Below the pieces are notes generated by a model. That model saw only the letters and a program-made list of their open reading frames with translations. It ran no database searches and had not been told where the DNA came from. Shown here one piece after another: positions 54,724-64,000 of a stretch of DNA of 64,000 bases. How positions within the stretch are numbered: the stretch's first letter is position 1; each line of letters begins with the position of its first letter. Made by a program: the position numbers and the translations under genes. The stretch lies in NCBI GenBank assembly GCA_029974925.1, contig JARKQH010000093.1:8975-72974 (forward strand), written 5' to 3'. This stretch comes from Verrucomicrobiota bacterium (GTDB lineage: Bacteria; Verrucomicrobiota; Verrucomicrobiia; Limisphaerales; UBA8199).

Positions 54724-56286
54724 GTGAAACACGCGCATTCCGCGGCCGCAACGACCCCGGCACTCCTGCCGGGGTTGCGTTATTATCTCTATTTGACCGC
54801 CTTCACGACGGGCGCGGTCATCATGGTGGTGGAAATTCTCGGCGCCAAGATGCTCTCGCCCTTCGTTGGCACCTCGCATTTCGTGTGGACGGCGCAGATT
54901 GCGGTGACGCTTGTGGCGCTGGCTTGCGGCTATTACGCCGGCGGCTGGCTTGCGGACCGCGCGCGGCGGCTTGACGGCATTTATTGGGCCATTGCCGCCG
55001 CCGGGACCTATTTGGGAATCAGCATCAAACTGGTCGAACCGGTGGCCTTCTGGTGCCTCGAGTTCAATCTGGCGGTGGGCACACTCCTGGCCTCGATGGT
55101 GCTGTTCTTCGTGCCGCTGGCCCTGTTGGCAATGACCGGCCCCTTTCTGATCCGTTTCGTCACCGCGTCCCTCAGCGCCGTGGGAGGCAGCGTGGGCCGG
55201 CTGACCGCCATTGGCACGCTGGGGAGCTTCGCCGGCACGATGCTCATCGGCTACGTGATGATCCCCTTGCTGGCCAACCCGCCGGCCATGTTCGCCACCG
55301 CGCTGGCATTGTTGGTGGTCAGCGCCGCTTACTTCCTGTTCACCCCCCGGCGCGGAGCCATGAGCCTGCCCTTGCTGGCGGGAGTCACGGTGGGCATCCT
55401 CACGCTGCCCGAGCTGCTGGGCCCGCCCCGCCACACTCGCATGGTGGAACGCTTCCGCGGCAATTCGCATTTCGGCCAGCTTTTGGTCCTGGACCGACCT
55501 GACGGTTCCTGCCGCTACTACTTGAATGACAACCTCATTCAAAACACCTATGCGCCGGAAACCCGGCAGAGCGTTTCGACCTTCACCTACATGCTCTCGG
55601 GTCTGGCGCGCGCCTACACGACCAATCTTCACGATGTGCTCTGCATCGGCCTGGGGGTGGGCATTGTGCCTTCCGAATTCGCGCGCGAGGGAGCGCGCGT
55701 GGACGTCGTGGAAATCAACCCGGCCGTGGTCCCCGTCGCGCGCCGTTTTTTTGACTTCGACCCCGGGCGGGTGAGCCTGTATTTGGGCGATGGCCGCCAC
55801 TATCTGAACCGCTGCAGCCGCCAGTACGACACGGTGATTCTCGATGCGTTCCTGGGCGATTCTTCGCCGTCGCACCTGATGACCCGGGAGGCGTTCGCCG
55901 CGATTCGACGGGTCCTGCGTCCCGGCGGCACGCTGGTCATCAACAGCTTCGCGGACGCCACCCCCGGACAGGACTTCTTCGCCGCTTCACTTGGAAAGAC
56001 CCTGCGCGCAGTTTTCCCCGGCGTGCGCCTGCACAGCAACTCGGACGGCGCCATCTTCTTCGTCGCGACCGACCGGCCGCATCCCGAATTTGTCCGCCCC
56101 CCCGATTTTTCCCAAGTCCATCCTGATGTGCGGCTGCCGACCGAGCGGGCATTTAACAACCGGCTGGAAGTGCCCTCCGAACACGGACTGGTGCTCACGG
56201 ACGACTACAATCCGGTCGAATTCTACGACGCGCATCATCGGGAGAACATCCGCCGTGAGCTGGCACGGGCGGCCCGTTTTCTGTGA
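54724..56286 (+). CDS. fused membrane domain/spermidine synthase-like protein
   Basis: 520 aa with a GTG start. ~7 TM segments, then an aminopropyltransferase/methyltransferase fold: VLCIGLGVGIVPSEF...VDVVEINP...YDTVILDAF. Confidence 0.8.
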   Translation: MKHAHSAAATTPALLPGLRYYLYLTAFTTGAVIMVVEILGAKMLSPFVGTSHFVWTAQIAVTLVALACGYYAGGWLADRARRLDGIYWAIAAAGTYLGISIKLVEPVAFWCLEFNLAVGTLLASMVLFFVPLALLAMTGPFLIRFVTASLSAVGGSVGRLTAIGTLGSFAGTMLIGYVMIPLLANPPAMFATALALLVVSAAYFLFTPRRGAMSLPLLAGVTVGILTLPELLGPPRHTRMVERFRGNSHFGQLLVLDRPDGSCRYYLNDNLIQNTYAPETRQSVSTFTYMLSGLARAYTTNLHDVLCIGLGVGIVPSEFAREGARVDVVEINPAVVPVARRFFDFDPGRVSLYLGDGRHYLNRCSRQYDTVILDAFLGDSSPSHLMTREAFAAIRRVLRPGGTLVINSFADATPGQDFFAASLGKTLRAVFPGVRLHSNSDGAIFFVATDRPHPEFVRPPDFSQVHPDVRLPTERAFNNRLEVPSEHGLVLTDDYNPVEFYDAHHRENIRRELARAARFL

Positions 56287-56376
56287 CGCGCGCGAAAAGC
56301 GAGCGAGCCGGGAGAAGGCTCCCGGCTCACCCGACAAGCTTCGCCCCGCGGTTCAGGCGAGGGGGCCGAGTCCCGG

Positions 56377-57441
<1,065 letters not shown>

Positions 57442-57809
57442 ATCGTTCCAGTTATCAATGTTCAACGTTCAGTGTTCACTCTCGCGCCAGGCGCCAGCCC
57501 CCGGTCTGCCACCGGCCAGGCCTTGCGCGCCTGACCCGGCCGCAATTTGGGCGGGCGCATATTACTAAAGCCGGGGGCGGCAATGCCACTGACAATTATG
57601 AGAGGGTCCAGGTATTGATAAACCTTTTGCAGACCATAAGACCAGCCCAACCCCGCGTCATTGAACTCCGCGCACGCCCCGGCCAAAGCTGCCGTCGGGC
57701 TCCAGAGACGTTGCGCCCTGTGAGGGGGTTGAGCATTGCCAGCTCAACTCCGTGGCGGGTTGCCCCCTGCCCTGTTGTTCATTGCAACGGCCGATGCAGC
57801 GTCGAGCCC

Positions 57810-58232
57810 CTAAACCTCGGTTGTTTCTTGGAGCCACGGCTCGAACCTCGACTTCAGTTCCGGCGGCAGCCGCATCAGCTTGTCAGTCAATGAAGTGCAG
57901 ACATGCTGGGTTTCGCCTTCAAGTATCAAAACTCCGTTCTGGTTTAGAATACGGCTTCCAAAGTGAAGTCGAACCCCCTCGACGCGGGTCACCCATAAGC
58001 GAATCGCGAGAAGGTCATCGTAGCGTGCCGGATGCTTGTAGCGGAGACGGCATTCGATAACCGGGAAGATGAAGCCACGCGCCTGCCAGTCCTGCAACGG
58101 AACGCCACTGTGTCGGAACAATTCGCCTCGCGCCCCTTCGAGCAAGTCGAGGTAGCGACTGTAGTAAACATGATTGCCCACAGTGCAGTCCCGGTAAGTG
58201 ACCCGGTAACTATATTCGAATTCGGATGGCAT
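57810..58232 (-). CDS. acyl-CoA thioesterase, YbgC/4HBT hotdog family
   Basis: MPSEFEYSYRVTYRDCTVGNHVYYSRYLDLLEGARGELFR...FIFPVIECRLRYKHPARYDDLLAIRLWV. The start is taken at an internal Met; the ORF extends to 58355. Confidence 0.75.
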   Translation of the reverse strand: MPSEFEYSYRVTYRDCTVGNHVYYSRYLDLLEGARGELFRHSGVPLQDWQARGFIFPVIECRLRYKHPARYDDLLAIRLWVTRVEGVRLHFGSRILNQNGVLILEGETQHVCTSLTDKLMRLPPELKSRFEPWLQETTEV

Positions 58233-58629
58233 AAGGTAGAGGCTAAGCAATTGGGCGGCAGTTGGAAAGAACTGCTGGTTCCGCTCATCCACCTGCGCCA
58301 TCGTGCGAGAGTTTCGAGCCGCTTTGGCAGGTTGGGCTTGACGGTGCCGGAACACCCCAGGCCCGATCCATTGAATTAATTAGATTGACTGTGGGGATAA
58401 GGACTCAAGCGACCCAAGGGTCGGGTCCTGGGCCGTTTAAGAGATTGCCGGTTCGGGCGCGAAAGAACCCTTTTGTGTGGAAAAGGCACCAGGGCAGATG
58501 GCGTGCGCCGGCTTTGTTTTAGATTGGCAGCCAAGCGCTTTGGCTGTTTAATGGCACGCAAGTTGTGCTGTTCCCGCAATTTGACAGGTTCCGGGGTCGC
58601 GCATTAAAGAATTAGTCTCGATTGAAGTC

Positions 58630-61344
58630 GTGAAAACAGAGAAGCCAACAACCGGGAAAGCAGCCGGTGCAATGTCCGGCGGGGCCTCGGGCGAAGCTCC
58701 CCCGGCGCCCGATTTGCTTTCGTCGCTTGGAGCGGTGGTCGGTCATGCCCTGGGCACCCAGCCGGCGGGAGCCGCTTCGCGGTTTCTGGAGCAACTCAGC
58801 GGACACCTTCGCGAGCAGGGCCTCGAGCCGCCGCGGGTGGTCAGCACGCCCTACGTGAACACCATCCCGCCGGACCAACAGGCGCCCTTCCCCGGCGATT
58901 TGGAAATGGAGCGGCGCATCAAGAGCTATGTGCGATGGAACGCCATGGCGATGGTCGTGAACGCCAACCGCAAGCACAACGGCTTGGGGGGCCACATCTC
59001 GACCTATGCCTCCGCCGCCACTCTCTACGAGGTGGCGTTTAATCATTTCTTCCGCGGCCGCACCGACACGTTCGTCGGCGACATGGTTTACTTCCAAGGC
59101 CATGCCACGCCCGGCATCTATGCGCGCGCTTATCTGGAAGGACGGCTGAATGAACAGCAGCTTCACAATTTCCGACAGGAGTTCGGCGAAGGAGGCGGGC
59201 TTTCGTCTTATCCTCATCCGTACCTGATGCCTGATTTCTGGCAGTTTCCCACGGTTTCCATGGGACTGGGGCCCCTCTGTTCGATCTACCAAGCTCGCTT
59301 CAACCGCTATCTGCGGTCACGGGGTTTAATGGCGGGCGAGGAACCGAGGGTCTGGGCGTTCCTGGGCGATGGGGAAACCGACGAACCGGAGAGTTTGGGC
59401 TCGATCACGCTGGCGGCGCGGGAGAACCTCGACAACCTGATCTGGGTCATTAACTGCAACCTCCAGCGTCTCGACGGACCCGTCCGCGGCAATGGCAAGA
59501 TTATTCAAGAACTGGAAGCTGCTTTCAAAGGCGCGGGCTGGAATGTCATCAAGGTCATCTGGGGCTCGGATTGGGACCCGCTGCTGGCTGCGGACAAATC
59601 CGGCTTGTTGATCAAACGGATGGAGGAGGCGGTGGACGGGGATTACCAGAAGTACTCGGTCGAGCCGGGGAGCTACACCCGAAAACACTTTTTCGGGAAA
59701 TATCCGGAGCTGCTGGCACTGGTGAACCATCTAACCGACGCCCAAATTCACAAGTTGCTGCGCGGCGGCCATGATTCCCGCAAGGTGTATGCGGCTTATC
59801 ACGCGGCGGTCAACCATCGCGGACAGCCGACAGTGATTCTTGCCAAGACCGTCAAAGGCTACGGTTTGGGCGAGGCGGGCGAAGGCCGGAACATCACTCA
59901 CCAGCAGAAGAAGCTCAACGAGAAGGAACTTCGCGAGTTCCGCGCCCGATTCCGGGTGCCGATCAGCGACGAGGAGATAGCTGAGACGCCGTTCTTTCGG
60001 CCGGCGCCGGGCAGTCCCGAAGCGAACTACCTGCAGGAACGGCGCCGTCAACTGGGCGGCTCCCTGCCGGCCCGTATCGTCACGGCGAAACCGCTGGAGG
60101 TGCCCTCGCTGGATGCCTTTGGCGAGTTGCTCAAGGGGTCGGGCCGGATGGAAATGTCCACGACCATGGGCTTTGTGCGGCTGCTGAGCCTGCTGATTCG
60201 AAACAAGGCCATCGGGCGCCAAATCGTGCCCATCATCCCGGATGAAGCCCGCACCTTTGGGTTGGACGCCCTGTTTCGCGAGGTGGGCATCTATTCGCCC
60301 AAGGGCCAGCTCTACGACCCGGTGGACAGCAAGTCGCTCCTCTATTACCACGAGGCGAAAGATGGGCAGATTCTCGAGGAAGGCATCACGGAGGCCGGTT
60401 CGATGGCTTCCTTTATTGCCGCCGGAACGGCGTATGCCAATCTGGGCCGGTACCTGGTGCCTTTCTACATTTACTATTCGATGTTCGGGTTCCAGCGCAT
60501 TGGGGATCTGGTTTGGCTGGCGGGGGACATCAAGGCCCGCGGGTTCCTGCTGGGCGCCACCTCGGGCCGCACCACCCTCAACGGCGAAGGGCTGCAACAC
60601 CAGGACGGCCACAGTCTGCTGCTCACCAGCGCGGTGCCGACACTGGCGACCTATGATCCCGCATACACTTATGAAGTGGCGGTGATCATCGCCGACGGCC
60701 TGCGCCGGATGTATGTCGAGAACGAGGACATTTTCTATTACCTGACCCTGTACAACGAGAATTACGCCATGCCGGCGCTCCCGGAAGGAGCCGAGCCCGG
60801 CATTCTCAAAGGTCTGTACAAACTGAAGCCGGGCCCGGAGGGAATGAAACTCAAGGCGCAGATTTTCGGCAGCGGCCCCATTCTGCGGGAGGCCTTGCGA
60901 GCTCAGGACCTTTTGGCGGAACGGTATGGCGTTTCGGCGGATGTCTGGAGCGCCACCAGTTACAAACTGCTCCGGAACGACGCGCTCAAGGCCCGTCGCT
61001 GGAACATGCTGCATCCCGCGGAAGCCCCCAAGCGTTCCTACCTCGAACGGACGTTGGCGAACGAGAAAGGCGTTTTTGTCGCCGTCTCGGACAACATGAA
61101 GCTCGTGCCCGACCAGATTGCGCCCTGGGTTCCGGGGGGCCTGACCACGCTCGGCACCGACGGTTTTGGCCGGAGCGAAACGCGCCCGAAGCTGCGGCGG
61201 TTTTTCGAAGTGGACGCCGAGCTGACGGTGATTGCCACCCTGTCCGCGCTGGCGGAAAAAGGTTTGCTGGATCGCGAGACGGTCGCGCGCGCAATCAAGG
61301 AGCTTGGCGTGGACCCTGAAAAGTCGCATCCCGAGCTGATCTAA
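58630..61344 (+). CDS. aceE: pyruvate dehydrogenase E1 component, homodimeric type
   Basis: 904 aa with a GTG start. YVNTIPPDQQAPFPGDLEMERRIKSYVRWNAMAMV aligns with E. coli AceE [31 protein letters not shown], and GDGETDEPES is the TPP motif. An alternative start is at 58672. Confidence 0.95.
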   Translation: MKTEKPTTGKAAGAMSGGASGEAPPAPDLLSSLGAVVGHALGTQPAGAASRFLEQLSGHLREQGLEPPRVVSTPYVNTIPPDQQAPFPGDLEMERRIKSYVRWNAMAMVVNANRKHNGLGGHISTYASAATLYEVAFNHFFRGRTDTFVGDMVYFQGHATPGIYARAYLEGRLNEQQLHNFRQEFGEGGGLSSYPHPYLMPDFWQFPTVSMGLGPLCSIYQARFNRYLRSRGLMAGEEPRVWAFLGDGETDEPESLGSITLAARENLDNLIWVINCNLQRLDGPVRGNGKIIQELEAAFKGAGWNVIKVIWGSDWDPLLAADKSGLLIKRMEEAVDGDYQKYSVEPGSYTRKHFFGKYPELLALVNHLTDAQIHKLLRGGHDSRKVYAAYHAAVNHRGQPTVILAKTVKGYGLGEAGEGRNITHQQKKLNEKELREFRARFRVPISDEEIAETPFFRPAPGSPEANYLQERRRQLGGSLPARIVTAKPLEVPSLDAFGELLKGSGRMEMSTTMGFVRLLSLLIRNKAIGRQIVPIIPDEARTFGLDALFREVGIYSPKGQLYDPVDSKSLLYYHEAKDGQILEEGITEAGSMASFIAAGTAYANLGRYLVPFYIYYSMFGFQRIGDLVWLAGDIKARGFLLGATSGRTTLNGEGLQHQDGHSLLLTSAVPTLATYDPAYTYEVAVIIADGLRRMYVENEDIFYYLTLYNENYAMPALPEGAEPGILKGLYKLKPGPEGMKLKAQIFGSGPILREALRAQDLLAERYGVSADVWSATSYKLLRNDALKARRWNMLHPAEAPKRSYLERTLANEKGVFVAVSDNMKLVPDQIAPWVPGGLTTLGTDGFGRSETRPKLRRFFEVDAELTVIATLSALAEKGLLDRETVARAIKELGVDPEKSHPELI

Positions 61345-61381
61345 ACCCTGACCCCCAACCATTCACCAAGCACACTCGACC

Positions 61382-62719
61382 ATGGATTTTAGATTGCCTC
61401 CACTGGGTGAAGGCGCCGATTCCGGCACCATTGTCACCCTGTTTGTCAAAGAAGGCGATGCGATCGCCAAAGACCAGCCCGTTCTCGAGCTCGAGAATGA
61501 GAAGGCGGTTGCCACCATCCCCTCAACCGTCTCGGGCACCGTGGGAAAAGTCTATGTCAAGGCCGGGGACAAGATCGCTGTGGGGCAGCGTATTTTTGCC
61601 GTGGCGGAAGCGGCCGCCGCCCCGGCCGCCAAACCCGAGCCGGAAGCGTGGCGAAAGGGAGAGCGCATTATTCAGACCCCATCGCCGGAACAGGTTCCCG
61701 TCCCCCGCGAGCCGGGGCCAGCCCCTTCCCCCGCTCTCGAGGAAGAGGAGGAGGCCGCTACGCCCCCTGCGGGAATGCCACCGGCCGCGGCGCCTTCGAT
61801 TCGAAGGCTCGCGCGCGATTTGGGGATTGACCTGACGCGGGTGCGCGGGTCGGGCCGTGGCGGGCGCATCGTTTTGGAGGACGTGCGGAGCTATATCCAG
61901 CGCCTGCAGCGGCTGGCTGCCCAACCCAAGACCCCGCTTGCCACCGCCAGCGCCGCGGCGCCCACCCCCAAACCCGCTCCCGAGTCCATTGATTTCTCGA
62001 AGTGGGGGCCGGTCGCCAAGTCTCCTCTGTCGCCCCTGCGCCAGGTCATTGCCCGGCGCATGAGCGAGAACTGGAACAGCATCCCCCATGTCACCCAGTT
62101 CGACTCGGCCGATATCACCGCGCTCAACGCCTTGCGCAAGCAATACGCTCCGGCGTACGAGAAAAAAGGCGCGCGGTTGACGCTCACGTCCTTTGCGCTC
62201 AAGGCGGTGGTCGAGACGCTGAAGAAGCATCCGCTGTTTAACTCGAGTCTCGACGAGGCCACGCAGGAACTCGTCACCAAACACTATTATCACATTGGCA
62301 TCGCCGTGGACACCGAAGCGGGCTTGATTGTTCCCGTCATCCGCGACGTGGATAAGAAGAATCTCCTGGAGCTGTCGAGGGAGCTCGAGGAACTGGCGCG
62401 CAAGGCGCGTGAGCGCAAAGTCTCCGCCGAGGAACTCAAGGGCGGCACGTTTACCATCTCGAACCAGGGTGGGATTGGCGGCGCGCATTTCACGCCGATT
62501 GTGAACAAACCGGAGGTGGCGATTCTGGGCCTGGGCCGCGGCGCCTTGCAGGCCGTGGTGCGCGGGAATGCCATCGAGCCGCGCCTGCTGATGCCCATCG
62601 GCCTGTCCTACGATCACCGCGTGATTGATGGCGGCTCGGCCGCGCGGTTCACGGTGGACCTGGTTCAGGCCTTCGAAAACTTCAAGGAACAAGACGTCAC
62701 AGCTCCTCTCTCCCAATGA
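61382..62719 (+). CDS. aceF: dihydrolipoyllysine-residue acetyltransferase (PDH E2)
   Basis: Lipoyl domain (LELENEKAVATIPS), PA-rich linker, E3-binding domain (PSIRRLARDLGIDLTRVRGSGRGGRI) and catalytic domain (SYDHRVIDG). Confidence 0.9.
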   Translation: MDFRLPPLGEGADSGTIVTLFVKEGDAIAKDQPVLELENEKAVATIPSTVSGTVGKVYVKAGDKIAVGQRIFAVAEAAAAPAAKPEPEAWRKGERIIQTPSPEQVPVPREPGPAPSPALEEEEEAATPPAGMPPAAAPSIRRLARDLGIDLTRVRGSGRGGRIVLEDVRSYIQRLQRLAAQPKTPLATASAAAPTPKPAPESIDFSKWGPVAKSPLSPLRQVIARRMSENWNSIPHVTQFDSADITALNALRKQYAPAYEKKGARLTLTSFALKAVVETLKKHPLFNSSLDEATQELVTKHYYHIGIAVDTEAGLIVPVIRDVDKKNLLELSRELEELARKARERKVSAEELKGGTFTISNQGGIGGAHFTPIVNKPEVAILGLGRGALQAVVRGNAIEPRLLMPIGLSYDHRVIDGGSAARFTVDLVQAFENFKEQDVTAPLSQ

Positions 62720-64000
62720 ATTCTCTCAAAACCGAAATTGTTGTCGTGGGCGCGGGGCCGGGCGGCTATGCGGCCGCCTTTTACGCCGCCGACCTTGGCA
62801 AGAAAGTGATCCTCGTCGAGCGGGAACCGCGGCTGGGCGGGGTCTGCCTGAACCGCGGCTGCATTCCGTCCAAGGCCCTGCTGCATGCCGCCCACACCGT
62901 CAGTGCCGCCCGCGAATCCGAGCAACGCGGCATTACCTTCGGGCCGCCAAAGATTGATGTGGGCAAACTGCGCGCGTGGAAGGAATCCATCCTGGACCGC
63001 CTCGGCGGCGGCGTGGCTCATCTGGCCAAACTGCGGGGAGTGCAGGTCATTCATGGGCGTGGCTATTTCGAAGATTCACGCACTCTCCGGGTTGAAACCT
63101 CCGAAGGCCAACAGTTCATCAATTACGAGCATGCCATTGTGGCGGTCGGGTCGGTAGCCGCCATGCCCAAGGCTTTCGACCTTGGCAACCCCCGGATCAT
63201 GACCTCCACCGAGGCGCTGGAAATTGAAGAAATCCCGGAGAAGCTGCTGGTCATTGGTGGCGGCTACATTGGGATGGAGTTGGGCACCGTCTATGCCACG
63301 TTCGGCAGCCAGGTCGTGCTGGTGGAAGCGCTGGACACGATTCTGGCGGGAGCGGACCCGGACCTGGCGCGGCCGGTCATCGCCCACGCGAAGAAGCTGT
63401 TCAAGGAAATCCGCCTCAAGACCCGGGTGGGCAAAATGGCGACGAGCGGCAAGCAGATCAAAGTCGAGTTTGAGCTGGACGGCCAGAAGCGGGAGGAACT
63501 TTACGATCGGGTGCTGGTGGCGGTTGGCCGCTCGCCCAATGCGGACGACCTGGGGCTGGAAAACACCAAGGTTTCGTTCGACGACAAGGGGTTCATTCAC
63601 GTCAATGAAAAACAACAAACTACCGACCCCGCCATCTATGCCATCGGCGACATCGCCGGCGGCGCCCTCCTGGCCCATAAGGCCTCCAAAGAGGCCCGCA
63701 TCGCCGTCGAGGTCATCGTCGGCGAGGACAGCACTTTTACCGACATTGTCATGCCGGCCGTGGTCTTCACCGATCCGGAGCTTGCCTGGTGCGGTCTGAC
63801 CGAATCGGAGGCTCGTGCCAAGGGCCTTCCCATCCAGGTTTCCAAATTCCCCTGGACCGCGTCCGGCCGGGCGTTGTCCTTCGACCGCCCGGAAGGGCTG
63901 ACCAAATTGATCATTGACCCGGAGACGGAGCGTGTGCTTGGCGTGGGCATCGTGGGCACCGGCGCCGGCGAGCTGATTTCCGAGGGCGTGCTGGCGATCG
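62716..64000 (+). CDS. lpdA: dihydrolipoyl dehydrogenase (E3), 3'-truncated by window edge
   Basis: Absent from the ORF track because it has no stop in the window. The ATG at 62716 overlaps the aceF stop (ATGA). MNSLKTEIVVVGAGPGGYAAAF...GGVCLNRGCIPSKALL is the FAD GxGxxG motif plus the redox-active disulfide. Confidence 0.9.
   Translation, partial: MNSLKTEIVVVGAGPGGYAAAFYAADLGKKVILVEREPRLGGVCLNRGCIPSKALLHAAHTVSAARESEQRGITFGPPKIDVGKLRAWKESILDRLGGGVAHLAKLRGVQVIHGRGYFEDSRTLRVETSEGQQFINYEHAIVAVGSVAAMPKAFDLGNPRIMTSTEALEIEEIPEKLLVIGGGYIGMELGTVYATFGSQVVLVEALDTILAGADPDLARPVIAHAKKLFKEIRLKTRVGKMATSGKQIKVEFELDGQKREELYDRVLVAVGRSPNADDLGLENTKVSFDDKGFIHVNEKQQTTDPAIYAIGDIAGGALLAHKASKEARIAVEVIVGEDSTFTDIVMPAVVFTDPELAWCGLTESEARAKGLPIQVSKFPWTASGRALSFDRPEGLTKLIIDPETERVLGVGIVGTGAGELISEGVLAI

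Noticed and set aside
52528-55875. 1115-aa minus-strand ORF, the longest in the track
   Set aside because: Only its last ~219 codons (the DUF2959 lipoprotein) look real. The rest is antisense to the well-supported XylR-like and spermidine-synthase-like genes and has the Arg/Gly/His-rich composition of a high-GC shadow ORF.
58470-58512. Resemblance of GGCAGATGGCGTGCGCCGG to the E. coli 4.5S/SRP RNA segment GGCAGAUGACGCGUGUGCCGG
   Set aside because: The conserved helix-8 core (GGAA tetraloop, GGAAGCAGC) is absent on both strands, so this is probably a chance similarity in GC-rich sequence. An Infernal search with the SRP models would settle it.
58552-58569. Sigma-54-like element TGGCACGcaagTTGTgct upstream of aceE
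   Set aside because: The -24 half is perfect, but the near-invariant -12 GC is GT at the correct spacing. No rpoN or bEBP gene is in the window. It is kept only as a weak possibility, testable with a PromScan-type matrix and TSS mapping.

Overview
High-GC (~60-65%) chromosomal window. The prepilin-type DUF1559/H-X9-DG protein, the large secreted Ig/LamG proteins and the overall gene content suggest a PVC-superphylum genome, probably Verrucomicrobiota (inference). About 50 genes are supported. Most are housekeeping: pgk-tpiA-secG, two Cys/Met-family PLP enzymes, kdsA-lptA-like-lptB-hprK-HPr-gatC, glmS-gmhB, asnS, tcdA, proC, fbaB and aceE-aceF-lpdA. There is also a tolC-hlyD-ATPase-permease efflux operon. 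The window starts at the edge of a LolA-like/FabZ-like/AMP-ligase lipid cluster. No rRNA, tRNA, CRISPR array, IS element or integrase was seen. Many long ORFs in the track are antisense shadow ORFs typical of high-GC DNA and were discarded. The most interesting region is 43.7-52.5 kb. It holds a bacterial cereblon-like CULT-domain gene followed by three giant secreted proteins that share a C-terminal ~55-aa tail ending [FY]YR[LA]xQ. Two of them are tandem paralogs that together carry four copies of a ~190-aa module I cannot assign to any family. Other notable points: (1) a CarH/LitR-type B12 photoreceptor regulator lies divergent from a non-ECF sigma-70 gene across an AT-rich region with 11-bp-phased TGTC repeats; (2) an unlisted 33-aa bS22 ribosomal protein gene; (3) a MacA/HlyD-type adaptor with two C-terminal EF-hands; (4) a 627-aa protein that concatenates LptC/LptA-like modules.
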